A stretch of 43,852 bases of DNA from Cyanobacteria bacterium P01_A01_bin.123 (GTDB lineage Bacteria > Cyanobacteriota > Cyanobacteriia > Phormidesmidales > Phormidesmidaceae), in the NCBI GenBank assembly GCA_039815185.1, contig JBCBZT010000059.1, forward strand, positions 1 through 43,852, in the 5' to 3' direction. Below, piece by piece: positions 8,380 through 17,521 of this stretch (positions within the stretch are counted from its first letter, which is position 1; each line of letters starts with the position of its first letter). The translations under genes were made by a program, and so were the position numbers. The notes under the pieces are model-generated. The model had not been told where the DNA came from. It did not search any database and saw only the letters and a program-made list of their open reading frames with translations.

Positions 8380-10761
8380 GTGTCTTATCCCCCTCTGGAG
8401 CATCCTATGCATCCGTCATCCTCACAGACCTCCAATCTGCCAATTTCTAACCTTGCTGGAGAGGCTGCTGGTTTGTCGGCAACCCAGTCTTCTCCGCATC
8501 TAGAAACCGTTTCAGAACAGCCGATTGCAATTGCTGCTGAGTCAGCAGTCAAGCTTGAGCCTGGGCAGACAGATCACCCCAACGCCATCCCCCCGACTCC
8601 ACCACAACCCATTGAAGCCTGGCTGGATACGCTCCAACACCAAAGTAGCTTGCCGTTGGCCCTAGTGACGGTCAAAACCTTGGCGGTGCAGTTCGTTAAT
8701 GATGCCTTTCGGAAAATTTTGGGGTTGACTGAAGGGGCCGCGATCGCGGCCCCTTCAGCAGGATTAAAGCTACTGGGATTGCTGCAACCCAGCGATGAAG
8801 CCAAGCTGAGAATGCTGTTTCGCCGGCATATCCTGGCCCGTGTGTTGGCTGATTACTATCAAATGCCTGATCTAGTTGATGCCCACTTGCTGACTGAGCC
8901 AATTTTGGTGCAGGGGCCGCGCTTTCACCAGACTGAGACCCAACGGGCAATTGAGCTGCATCTCTCTAGCGATCGCGTACGGATTGTCAGTCTTAGCCCT
9001 AATCTAATCGCCGATTTACAAGCTTGCTTTGCCCAACCGCCGACTACTGCTGAGGTCATGGCCCAGTTGCTTGATCCAGACTCGGCTTTGACTCGAGTGC
9101 AACACACCCTAGAACGCGATCGCTACGTGGCCGAAGGACTGATGTTGATCGAAGGGGCTGATGTCACCGAACGGGAAACCCTACAAATCTTAGCCGAACT
9201 GTTGCTCAGCCCAGAGTCGGTACTGCAACCGCAAAAATTCAACCAGGCAAATCAGTTAATGAAAGCACTGTTTCGCGCCGATGACAGCTTGATTCTCAAT
9301 GCCGAACACGACCACGCGACTTTGTTTCTGAGCCTAGACCAGCCGGATTGGGAGCCTCACCCCTACTCCAGCGAGCAATTTGAACAGTCGGTTTTTTGCC
9401 GCGCAGCTCAATTGGGCCAGGTGCTCAACGTTCCTGATCTAGAGATGATTGAGCGTACCCCGATTGAACAACTGTTGTATCGCCAGGGACGCCGATCGCT
9501 GCTGCTGATTCCGTTAGTCGTCAAAGCCCTATCTACAGAAAACGCCCAATGCAATCTGCTAGGGATGGCCGGGTTGATGAGCGATCGCCCCTATGCCTTC
9601 CATCCCCAGGACCATCGCCACGCCACCGCCTTAGCGCCAGCCTTGGCTGCCGCCATGCGCAATACCATGCGCGATCGCTTCACTAGCATTCACCCCTCCG
9701 TCCGCTGGCGGTTTGAACAAGAGGCCGAGCGGCGCAGTTGGGGCCTCCCCCCAGAACCGATCGTGTTCACAGAAGTGTTTCCGCTTTACGGGATTTCTGA
9801 CATTCGGGGCTCATCTGACGAACGCAATCGCGCCATCCAGAGCGACCTGCTGGCTCAATTTCAGCTAGCGTTGGCAATCTTGGATGCGGTGTGCGAGGCC
9901 CAACCCAATGCCTACGCCCAGCAGCTCAGGCTCGACTTGATCAACCAAAAAACCACCCTCGAGGCAGGCATCACCGTCGAGGCCGAAGTCACCTTTGTGC
10001 GATATCTACAGGACAACCTTGAAATTCACTTTGCCACCTTCGCTCGGTGGGGAGATCCGGTCAAGATCGCCATTGAAACCTACCAAGCGGCCTGCAACAA
10101 CGAACAGCAGTGCGTTTACACCGCGCGAGGCATCTACGATCACACGATTCAGCAGATCAACAGCTTACTGCGAGAAACCTGGGGCCACTGGCAAACGACG
10201 ATGCAGGCGATCACCCCCCACTACTGCGATGTGGAGGCTACCGACGGCATCGATCACATGATTTATGCGGGCAAGTCAATTGATCCAAACTTTTCGGCGT
10301 TTCAACTCAACAGTTTGCGCTACGAGCAGCTCCGGGCCGTGTGCTTTTGTGCCCGCATCTGCTTAAACCTGCCACAGCGCTTCAATACCCAGATGGAAGT
10401 CACCCACCTAGTGCTGGTGCAAGACTCTACAGTGGACATCACTCACAACGAAGATACCGAACGACTCTTTGATGTCCAAGGCACCCGCGACACCCGCTAC
10501 GAGATTGTTAAGAAACGTATCGACAAGGCAGTGGATACTCATAACCGCGATCGCATTACCCAACCCGGCATGCTCACCATCGTCTATTCCACTCCGACCG
10601 AATGGGAAGCCTATCAGCAATATTTGCACTATCTCCACCGCGAAGGCTGGGTTACCGCTGACATCGAGAAAGGCGCAGTAGAGCCATTACAAGGGGTTAA
10701 CGGTCTCAAGTTTGCTCGCGTTCGAGTCCTACCCGACCCAACCGACGTAATTGCCGATTAG
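8380..10761 (+). CDS. PAS-like/GAF domain-containing protein with conserved C-terminal domain of unknown function
   Basis: PAS-like LPLALV...VQFVNDAFRKILG; GAF-like QVLNVPDL...GRRSLLLIPL...LAPALAAAM; 793-aa ORF (start may be ATG 8407). Confidence 0.75.
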   Translation: MSYPPLEHPMHPSSSQTSNLPISNLAGEAAGLSATQSSPHLETVSEQPIAIAAESAVKLEPGQTDHPNAIPPTPPQPIEAWLDTLQHQSSLPLALVTVKTLAVQFVNDAFRKILGLTEGAAIAAPSAGLKLLGLLQPSDEAKLRMLFRRHILARVLADYYQMPDLVDAHLLTEPILVQGPRFHQTETQRAIELHLSSDRVRIVSLSPNLIADLQACFAQPPTTAEVMAQLLDPDSALTRVQHTLERDRYVAEGLMLIEGADVTERETLQILAELLLSPESVLQPQKFNQANQLMKALFRADDSLILNAEHDHATLFLSLDQPDWEPHPYSSEQFEQSVFCRAAQLGQVLNVPDLEMIERTPIEQLLYRQGRRSLLLIPLVVKALSTENAQCNLLGMAGLMSDRPYAFHPQDHRHATALAPALAAAMRNTMRDRFTSIHPSVRWRFEQEAERRSWGLPPEPIVFTEVFPLYGISDIRGSSDERNRAIQSDLLAQFQLALAILDAVCEAQPNAYAQQLRLDLINQKTTLEAGITVEAEVTFVRYLQDNLEIHFATFARWGDPVKIAIETYQAACNNEQQCVYTARGIYDHTIQQINSLLRETWGHWQTTMQAITPHYCDVEATDGIDHMIYAGKSIDPNFSAFQLNSLRYEQLRAVCFCARICLNLPQRFNTQMEVTHLVLVQDSTVDITHNEDTERLFDVQGTRDTRYEIVKKRIDKAVDTHNRDRITQPGMLTIVYSTPTEWEAYQQYLHYLHREGWVTADIEKGAVEPLQGVNGLKFARVRVLPDPTDVIAD

Positions 10762-10865
10762 AGATTTGATTAGAAATCCTGATGGGTTTGAGCAAGGATG
10801 GCGAACTTTACAATTCTTTACATTTCCCTTAGATTTTCCCTACCTAGATTGGAGTTTTCAACCGC

Positions 10866-10928
10866 TGTGGAAAACTTTTCCACAGGTTGAGGATGAGTTT
10901 TATCGATCCCCGCTGTTTCTGTGGAAAA
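10866..10928. promoter_or_regulatory. Cluster of cyanobacterial-type DnaA boxes (TTTTCCACA)
   Basis: TGTGGAAAA 10866-10874, TTTTCCACA 10876-10884 and TGTGGAAAA 10920-10928, all intergenic. Confidence 0.55.
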
Positions 10929-11226
10929 GTCTTGGTAGTTCAGACTACAGTTTCATCTCCGACCTCGATTGAAGCAATGTAGCCCAATTATCCCGGAAAG
11001 CCTAATACCTTCGTGATTCTAAAATTTTTGTAAACTGCAGCGGGTCGGAAAGGGCAATTGACAGATCTCCCCCACCTTGAGGCACAATGATGCGACCAGC
11101 AAAAGCGCTCTGGAGTAACGCTCACACCCCACCCCGACAGCGGGGCGGGCGAGGTTCGACTTCCATGGGTGCAGGTTTATTGTGCGCATTTGCTGTGCTG
11201 TCTTTGAAGTGAGGAACTTGCCCGCC

Positions 11227-11430
11227 ATGACAACACAAACCATTAGCCTATCGGTAGAGATTCCGGAGGAATTGCACGAGTCCTTAAGTGACTATTTGAG
11301 AACCCATTCGACCTGGGGCCAAGATCGGGCTTTTTGTGCTGCCCTCTCGCTGTTTTTGATGCAAAACGGCACCAGCGATCGCCAAATCAACCGGATTTAT
11401 CTCGATAGCGTTTTTGGGATGTCGGCATAG
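11227..11430 (+). CDS. DUF2811 family small protein
   Basis: SVEIPEELHESLSDYLRTHSTWGQDRAFCAALSLFLMQNG...RIYLDSVF pattern; ATG at 11227. Confidence 0.8.
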   Translation: MTTQTISLSVEIPEELHESLSDYLRTHSTWGQDRAFCAALSLFLMQNGTSDRQINRIYLDSVFGMSA

Positions 11431-11540
11431 TCGTCGACCAAGCTTGCCCCTATCCCCCGATCCCCTGCTCTGATAGACTTTTAGACTGAGGTTGGTTTTA
11501 AAGAAGCAACGAGAAAACGGCAGTTTGGAGGATTAATCCC

Positions 11541-12578
11541 GTGGAAAGTACCCTTGGTTTAGAAATTATTGAGGTGGTTGAAAAGGCCGCGATCGCATCT
11601 GCTCGCTGGATGGGGAAAGGCGAGAAAAACATTGCTGACCAAGTTGCCGTAGAGGCCATGCGGGAGCGGATGAACCAGATTCATATGCGGGGTCGCATCG
11701 TCATCGGTGAAGGGGAACGGGATGACGCACCGATGCTCTACATCGGGGAAGAGGTTGGCATCTGTACTCAGCCCAATGCTTCTGAAGTCTGCACCATTGA
11801 CGAACTGATTGAAATTGACATTGCTGTTGACCCCTGCGAAGGGACCAATCTTGTCGCCTACGGCCAAAATGGGTCGATGGCGGTACTGGCGATTTCTGAG
11901 AAGGGTGGGTTGTTTGCCGCACCTGACTTCTATATGAAAAAGCTGGCAGCGCCTCCCCAAGCGCATGGTCATGTTGACATCAACAAGTCTGCTACTGAAA
12001 ACCTGAAGATTCTCTCTGAATGCCTTGATCGCAGCATTGATGAGCTCGTGGTTGTGGTGATGAAGCGGGAACGTCACAATGATTTGATTAAAGAAATTCG
12101 TGACGCAGGAGCTCGGGTCAGTTTGATTAGCGATGGTGACGTGTCTGCCGCTATCTCCTGTGCCTTCTCGGGAACCAACATTCATGCGCTGATGGGCATT
12201 GGTGCCGCCCCTGAAGGGGTGATTTCGGCTGCTGCTATGCGTTGTTTAGGCGGTCACTTCCAAGGCCAGCTGATTTATGACCCCGCTGTTGTAAAAACGG
12301 GTTTGATTGGGGAAAGTAAAGAAAGCAACCTGGCTCGTCTTAGCGAAATGGGCATTAATGACCCCGATAAAGTCTACGATGCCGAAGAGTTAGCCTCTGG
12401 GGAAACCGTTTTGTTTGCCGCTTGCGGCATTACCCCCGGTACCCTGATGCAGGGCGTACGCTTCTTCCATGGCGGTGCTCGGACTCAAAGCCTGGTGATT
12501 TCTAACCAGTCCAGCACGGCTCGTTTTGTAGACACCATTCACATGGTAGAAGCCCCGAAGTATCTGCAACTCAAGTAA
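11541..12578 (+). CDS. glpX: Class II fructose-1,6-/sedoheptulose-1,7-bisphosphatase
   Basis: [31 protein letters not shown] and GIGAAPEGV motifs; GGAGG RBS before GTG. Confidence 0.97.
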   Translation: MESTLGLEIIEVVEKAAIASARWMGKGEKNIADQVAVEAMRERMNQIHMRGRIVIGEGERDDAPMLYIGEEVGICTQPNASEVCTIDELIEIDIAVDPCEGTNLVAYGQNGSMAVLAISEKGGLFAAPDFYMKKLAAPPQAHGHVDINKSATENLKILSECLDRSIDELVVVVMKRERHNDLIKEIRDAGARVSLISDGDVSAAISCAFSGTNIHALMGIGAAPEGVISAAAMRCLGGHFQGQLIYDPAVVKTGLIGESKESNLARLSEMGINDPDKVYDAEELASGETVLFAACGITPGTLMQGVRFFHGGARTQSLVISNQSSTARFVDTIHMVEAPKYLQLK

Positions 12579-12707
12579 GTTGAGTCTGCACAACTGGCCA
12601 CACTCAGCTTCCCTGTGGCTTTGGATTGGGGATGTTGGCATTGTGGCTGGGCTGACCTGCTGAGAGAATAATCTCCCTGAGACGGGTTGATTCAATCAGC
12701 GCTAATT

Positions 12708-12745
12708 CTAGGGACGTTGTCTAGCGGCGTCCCTAGTTTATGTTT
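12708..12745 (+). terminator. Rho-independent terminator after glpX
   Basis: CTAGGGACGTTG...CGGCGTCCCTAG stem followed by TTTATGTTT. Confidence 0.7.
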
Positions 12746-12777
12746 AAAGCGGTTTCAATCGGGGGGAGGGCTTGCCG

Positions 12778-13782
12778 ATGCCCATTTATCTCTTTTGGGG
12801 CAGCGACGACTTTCGTCTTAATCGAGCGGCGACTGAACTCCGCGATCGCGCCCTAGATGCCAACTGGGCAAGCTTCAACTTTGACAAAATCGATGGTCAG
12901 GCCGGCGATGCGGCCATTCAGGCGCTCAACCAAGCCATGACGCCCCCCTTTGGCCTGGGCAGTCGCTTTGTTTGGTTGCAAGAGGCCACAATCTTTCAAC
13001 GCTGTCCCGATCCGGTTCTAGCCGAGCTGGGTCGTACCCTACCCGTCGTACCTGAGCAAACTGTTCTGCTATTTACCCAGGGTAGCAAACCGGATGGGCG
13101 GCTAAAATCCACCAAGCTGTTGCAAAAGCACGGCAAAGTTCAAGAATTTTCTACCATTCCCCCTTGGAAGCCAGACTTACTGATTCAGCAGGTGAATCAG
13201 GCGGCTAAAAGCCTTGACCTGACTATCACCCCAGAAGCCGCTGAGCTACTCGTTGATGCGGTTGGCAACAATACCCGCCAACTCTACAACGAACTGGAAA
13301 AGCTCAGCCTCTACCACCCCGGTGGCCCCCAAAAAACCGCAGGGAACCGCAGTCAAACGCTTACCGCAGAGGCCGTCTCTCAACTGGTGGTGGTGAGTAC
13401 CCAAAGCAGTTTGCAACTAGCGGCCGCCCTACGCCAAGGCCATACTGCTCAGGCATTAGGACTGGTGACTGATTTGCTCAACCGCAATGAACCTGCCCTG
13501 CGCATCGTTTCTACCCTAGTGGGTCAGTTTCGCATTTGGCTGTGGGTGAAGTTGCTAAGCGATCTAGGGGAGCGCAACCCTCAAGCGATCGCCCAAGCCG
13601 CAGAGGTCAACAATCCCAAACGGATCTATTTTTTGCAAAAAGAAGTGCGCCCCCTGGGGCTAGCTCAACTGCGTCAAACCATGGCGTTGTTACTCGAATT
13701 AGAAACCGGTTTAAAGCGAGGGGCAGAGCCGTTGTCAACCTTTCAGACAAAAGTCGTAGAAATCACGCGTTTATTTCAGTAA
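12778..13782 (+). CDS. holA: DNA polymerase III subunit delta
   Basis: MPIYLFWGSDDF, QAMTPPFGLGSRFVW, KPDGRLKSTK, VGNNTRQLYNELEKL, NEPALRIVSTLVGQFR. Confidence 0.92.
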   Translation: MPIYLFWGSDDFRLNRAATELRDRALDANWASFNFDKIDGQAGDAAIQALNQAMTPPFGLGSRFVWLQEATIFQRCPDPVLAELGRTLPVVPEQTVLLFTQGSKPDGRLKSTKLLQKHGKVQEFSTIPPWKPDLLIQQVNQAAKSLDLTITPEAAELLVDAVGNNTRQLYNELEKLSLYHPGGPQKTAGNRSQTLTAEAVSQLVVVSTQSSLQLAAALRQGHTAQALGLVTDLLNRNEPALRIVSTLVGQFRIWLWVKLLSDLGERNPQAIAQAAEVNNPKRIYFLQKEVRPLGLAQLRQTMALLLELETGLKRGAEPLSTFQTKVVEITRLFQ

Positions 13783-13910
13783 AGTAGGAACCCAGACATC
13801 AGTGTGAAACTTACTCTGATTAAAATAGTCGGATGTTTCAAGGGTTGTCTGCCCCCGTCACCCAATAATTGAATTTTTACACTATTAATCATCTTTGCTT
13901 GTCCATCCGC

Positions 13911-14426
13911 ATGTTTGAAAAAACCATGATATTTGCTCGTTCTAGGGCTAACACCCAATTTCGCCCTTTCCTGAGTCGGTTTCTGCTGCTCGGGGCCTTA
14001 ACCTTAACCAGCACGCTTTCGGGGATCACGTTCTCGTGGCATGGGGCACCTACCCTACATTCCAGCGTGGTTTATGCGCAATCGTCGATCACCGATGAGG
14101 AAGTGGTCAGCTATGCCCGCTCAGTGTTGCAAATGGAAACCAACCGCAACAATGCCTACACTGAAATTAAAAACATGATGGTCGAGGTCGGCTTAAACAT
14201 TGGCGACTTCGAGATTTCCTGTACAAATTCTGGCCTGTCAGAGATTCCTCGCAGCATTCGTAGGCAGGTGCGGCGAGTAATCGTCGACTATTGTAATAAC
14301 GCCGCCACCATTGTTGCGGACAATGGTCTAGAGGCAGAGCGATTTAACAACATCACATCTGCGCATCGCCAAAATCCAGACCTGGCTGAACGCATTCGCC
14401 AAGCTATGATCGAGTTGCAGCAGTAA
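13911..14426 (+). CDS. DUF4168-like exported protein
   Basis: Signal/TM segment, then [17 protein letters not shown]...YCN...IVADNGL...RFNNIT...; start uncertain (13911 or 13926). Confidence 0.7.
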   Translation: MFEKTMIFARSRANTQFRPFLSRFLLLGALTLTSTLSGITFSWHGAPTLHSSVVYAQSSITDEEVVSYARSVLQMETNRNNAYTEIKNMMVEVGLNIGDFEISCTNSGLSEIPRSIRRQVRRVIVDYCNNAATIVADNGLEAERFNNITSAHRQNPDLAERIRQAMIELQQ

Positions 14427-14436
14427 TTTTTCCGTT

Positions 14437-15471
14437 ATGCAGTTTATCGACCAGGCTGAAGTTGACGTCATCGCAGGCAACGGCGGGGATGGCATAGTTG
14501 CCTTTCGTCGCGAAAAGTATGTCCCTGCCGGGGGGCCTGCCGGCGGCAATGGTGGGAATGGGGGTTCGGTTGATTTCGTTGCAGCGAACCATTTGCAAAC
14601 CCTGCTCGACTTTAAATATGCTCACCAGTTCAAAGCCGACAATGGACAGCGGGGGGGCAATAAAAACTGTACGGGAGCTTGCGGGAGCGATCGCGTGGTG
14701 GAAGTGCCCTGTGGCACGGTGGTCTATGATGCCGATACTGAGGAAATACTGGGGGATTTGGTCACCCCTGGTCAAACCCTACGCGTTGCCCAGGGGGGCA
14801 AAGGTGGCCTGGGCAATAAGCACTTTTTGAGTAACCGCAACCGTGCCCCAGAAAAGGCATTGCCGGGTCTACCCGGCGAAATCCGACGGATTCGCCTAGA
14901 ACTGAAGCTGTTGGCCGAGGTCGGCATTATTGGGTTGCCAAATGCAGGTAAATCGACGCTGATTGCGGCTCTCTCGTCTGCCCGACCCAAGATTGCCAAC
15001 TATCCGTTTACGACATTGGTGCCCAATCTCGGGGTCGTGCGGAAGCCCACGGGGGATGGCACGGTGTTTGCTGACATTCCAGGATTAATTGAAGGCGCAC
15101 ACCAGGGCTTAGGGCTGGGCCATGAGTTTTTGCGCCATATTGAACGCACCCGATTGTTGTTACATTTAGTGGACGCCACGGCGGCAGATCCAATTGAGAA
15201 CTATCGCACGATTCAAGCGGAGTTAATGGCTTATCGTGGGAACCTAGCAGAGCGTCCTCAGTTGGTTGCGCTGAATAAAATTGATGCTGTGAGTGAAGCG
15301 GATTTGGACGCGATCGCAGGTGAATTGGAAATCGAGTGTCAAGCATCGGTGTTTCGCATCTCAGCAGTCGCTCAGATGGGAACGGATCCGTTGTTGCAGA
15401 AAATTTGGCAGCTTTTGGATCAGCCCCAGGTAGAGACCCTAAGCGTTTTTCATACCCCATCGGTGGTGTAA
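14437..15471 (+). CDS. obgE: GTPase ObgE/CgtA
   Basis: MQFIDQA...[18 protein letters not shown] glycine-rich Obg fold; [34 protein letters not shown]. Confidence 0.98.
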   Translation: MQFIDQAEVDVIAGNGGDGIVAFRREKYVPAGGPAGGNGGNGGSVDFVAANHLQTLLDFKYAHQFKADNGQRGGNKNCTGACGSDRVVEVPCGTVVYDADTEEILGDLVTPGQTLRVAQGGKGGLGNKHFLSNRNRAPEKALPGLPGEIRRIRLELKLLAEVGIIGLPNAGKSTLIAALSSARPKIANYPFTTLVPNLGVVRKPTGDGTVFADIPGLIEGAHQGLGLGHEFLRHIERTRLLLHLVDATAADPIENYRTIQAELMAYRGNLAERPQLVALNKIDAVSEADLDAIAGELEIECQASVFRISAVAQMGTDPLLQKIWQLLDQPQVETLSVFHTPSVV

Positions 15472-15592
15472 ACAGAGTTATACAGAATAAGACGCTATAT
15501 ATCCTCCCCTTGCTTCTAGCGCTTACGCAGTCAAATGCCTAAGGCAGAAATTATTTTGTGAAGCAGACTCCAACACAGGCAGATAGCAAGCA

Positions 15593-16453
15593 TCAAGTGC
15601 ACACAGAACGCTGAGGAACCTGACATCCTTTAGCCGCTAGAAGCGGCTGACTAATCCGATAAGCAGTTTGATAGCGGTACCAAGGGATAGATACCCATAA
15701 GTGATGTATCAGATGATAGTTTTGCCCTAGTAGAATCCAGTTCAACCAAGTATTGGGATACGCCCTAGTATTTTTCCATCGATCACGCTCACCAAAAGGA
15801 TGATGAGAGAGATAAGCAATTATTCCCAGAATCAGACCCACAAAGAAAGCTGGCAAAAACCACAAACCCATCAAGAGTCCTAATAATTTGAAATAACAAG
15901 CGAGGCCAACAATACCTACGATCGCTAAGCGATTGAACAACCATTCAATCAAATCATTGCCACGCCAAAGATGATGCTTGAAGAAGAAAACCTCAGTAGC
16001 AGCGAATCTAATTGGCATCAGCCATGGTGGCCCTCCCTTTGATACAAAATAGTCCGGATCGTAAAGTGGATCGTTCACATGGGCATGATGTTGAATATGA
16101 ACTCGTTTAAAGACTGAAAAGGAGAAACATAATAAGAACGCACTAATATACCCTAACGTATCATTAACCCATCGATTTGGATGTGCGGTTTGATGCGCTG
16201 CTTCGTGCAAATTGGTGCCGAGAAAATAGAGTGATAGTAAGTTTATGCAAAAGCATTCCCCTTGAAACCACTGCCAACACCAAAATCCATATGTTGACAA
16301 GATTAATAGAAAGATGGATGCCCAAAACAGGAAAAAAGTCGGATTGAGATTGTTTAATACTTTTAGATCTCTTAGAGAAATCATTAGATCTTTTTGACTA
16401 ATAACTAAAGAGGTTCCACCTTTTTTTGTTTGAAACTCTAGATTCATATTCAA
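15593..16453 (-). CDS. Beta-carotene hydroxylase CrtR-like membrane di-iron enzyme (fatty acid desaturase family)
   Basis: His boxes HEAAH, HIQHH and HLIHH; CrtR-like HVNDPLYDPDYFVSKGGP and ILLGQNYHLIHHLW.SIPWYRY. Confidence 0.8.
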   Translation of the reverse strand: MNMNLEFQTKKGGTSLVISQKDLMISLRDLKVLNNLNPTFFLFWASIFLLILSTYGFWCWQWFQGECFCINLLSLYFLGTNLHEAAHQTAHPNRWVNDTLGYISAFLLCFSFSVFKRVHIQHHAHVNDPLYDPDYFVSKGGPPWLMPIRFAATEVFFFKHHLWRGNDLIEWLFNRLAIVGIVGLACYFKLLGLLMGLWFLPAFFVGLILGIIAYLSHHPFGERDRWKNTRAYPNTWLNWILLGQNYHLIHHLWVSIPWYRYQTAYRISQPLLAAKGCQVPQRSVCT

Positions 16454-16580
16454 TTCTCGTTCTACAGCTAAGCGGGTGCTTTAAAGATGCTTGGACTCTT
16501 CCTATCGTCGCGAAAATTTGCAGCAGAAAAAATCCCGAAAACTTCAGGTTTGTTCAGATTTATTCAGGTTTTTCTTCAGG

Positions 16581-16685
16581 TATAGCCGTAGCCACAAAGC
16601 TTTGTGCAATACAGCAAGCCAAATTACTTGTGGGCTGAACATCCCAGCGATACTCGGTGCACTAAGCAATCTGGCCAGCGCTATA
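16581..16685 (+). mobile_element. 105-bp MITE, copy 1 (TATAGC...GCTATA ends)
   Basis: Imperfect TIRs TATAGCCGTAGCCACA / TCTGGCCAGCGCTATA; homologous to 31546-31650 and 33251-33355. Confidence 0.9.
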
Positions 16686-16973
16686 TATCTCTAACGCCCT
16701 AGATTAGGGATAGACCGTGCAGAAGCGAGGTAGGTATTGAAAGCCAAGAGAAGTATTCTTGTAGAGAACAATGGATTTCCTAAAAGCGTCTTGAGGATCC
16801 TAAATTTGTCAGGCTTGGGCAAACATTGCAGTTTCGGGATCAATGTTGCATTTTATATCTTTCATCAAAGCAGCGACACACCCTGGGCAATCTAAGGCGA
16901 ACCCAGAAGGAATGCCTTAGCACACCCTAAGGGCATCCTTGGTTTTCAATCAGTACCCATTGGAGAAAAGCTT

Positions 16974-17177
16974 ATGAAAGGATGTCCTTGTTGCTCTACA
17001 GCCTTGTTGCGCCACATTCGCCAAGGCAGCGTGTACTGGTATTGCAACAACTGTCATCAAGAAATGCCTAACTTCGATGAGCGCATAGAGAAAAGAATGG
17101 AAATGGTCAACCCCCACCGACTTAAACAGTTTTTGGGCGTTTCTACCACCCGTGAAGTCTTGCAGCACATGCGTTGA
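16974..17177 (+). CDS. Small cyanobacterial zinc-ribbon protein
   Basis: CPCCS..LLRHIR...VYWYC..CHQEMP motif; GGAGA RBS upstream. Confidence 0.75.
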   Translation: MKGCPCCSTALLRHIRQGSVYWYCNNCHQEMPNFDERIEKRMEMVNPHRLKQFLGVSTTREVLQHMR

Positions 17178-17521
17178 ACGCAGCCCCAATCAACTACCCA
17201 ATCGACTGCACCTACAGGGCGACAATTTTTGCAGAGTCCACTCCTGGCCCCTAACAGAACGAGCCCACCGCGAATCACGCTAAGCTGGCAAGAGGTTAGC
17301 CACATCCGTATTTGAAAAGCCTCTGCCTGCAAGGGATTTGGCGCACCAGCAAAACAAGCTATAGGATTAAAAAAGACCCCCTATACCCTCAATAACTAGA
17401 TGGGTGCGTATCACCGTATCAGTGCACCGATTTAAAGAACTGTCCCAATTCTGAGGAAGGGTGGGGGCAACGATATCATCATGAGGCATTGATATCCCCG
17501 TGGCACGTCCCCCCCTCCACC

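Noticed and set aside
11100..11165. tRNA or Yfr1 gene (GGTTCGAC T-loop-like sequence, CTCACAC)
   Set aside because: No cloverleaf can be built and the Yfr1 ACTCCTCACAC motif is absent; kept only as a weak leader candidate.
11559..12185. Long antisense ORFs (e.g. 208 aa opposite glpX, 173 aa opposite EamA, 150 aa opposite obgE)
   Set aside because: Shadow frames of well-supported genes, with no recognisable motifs.
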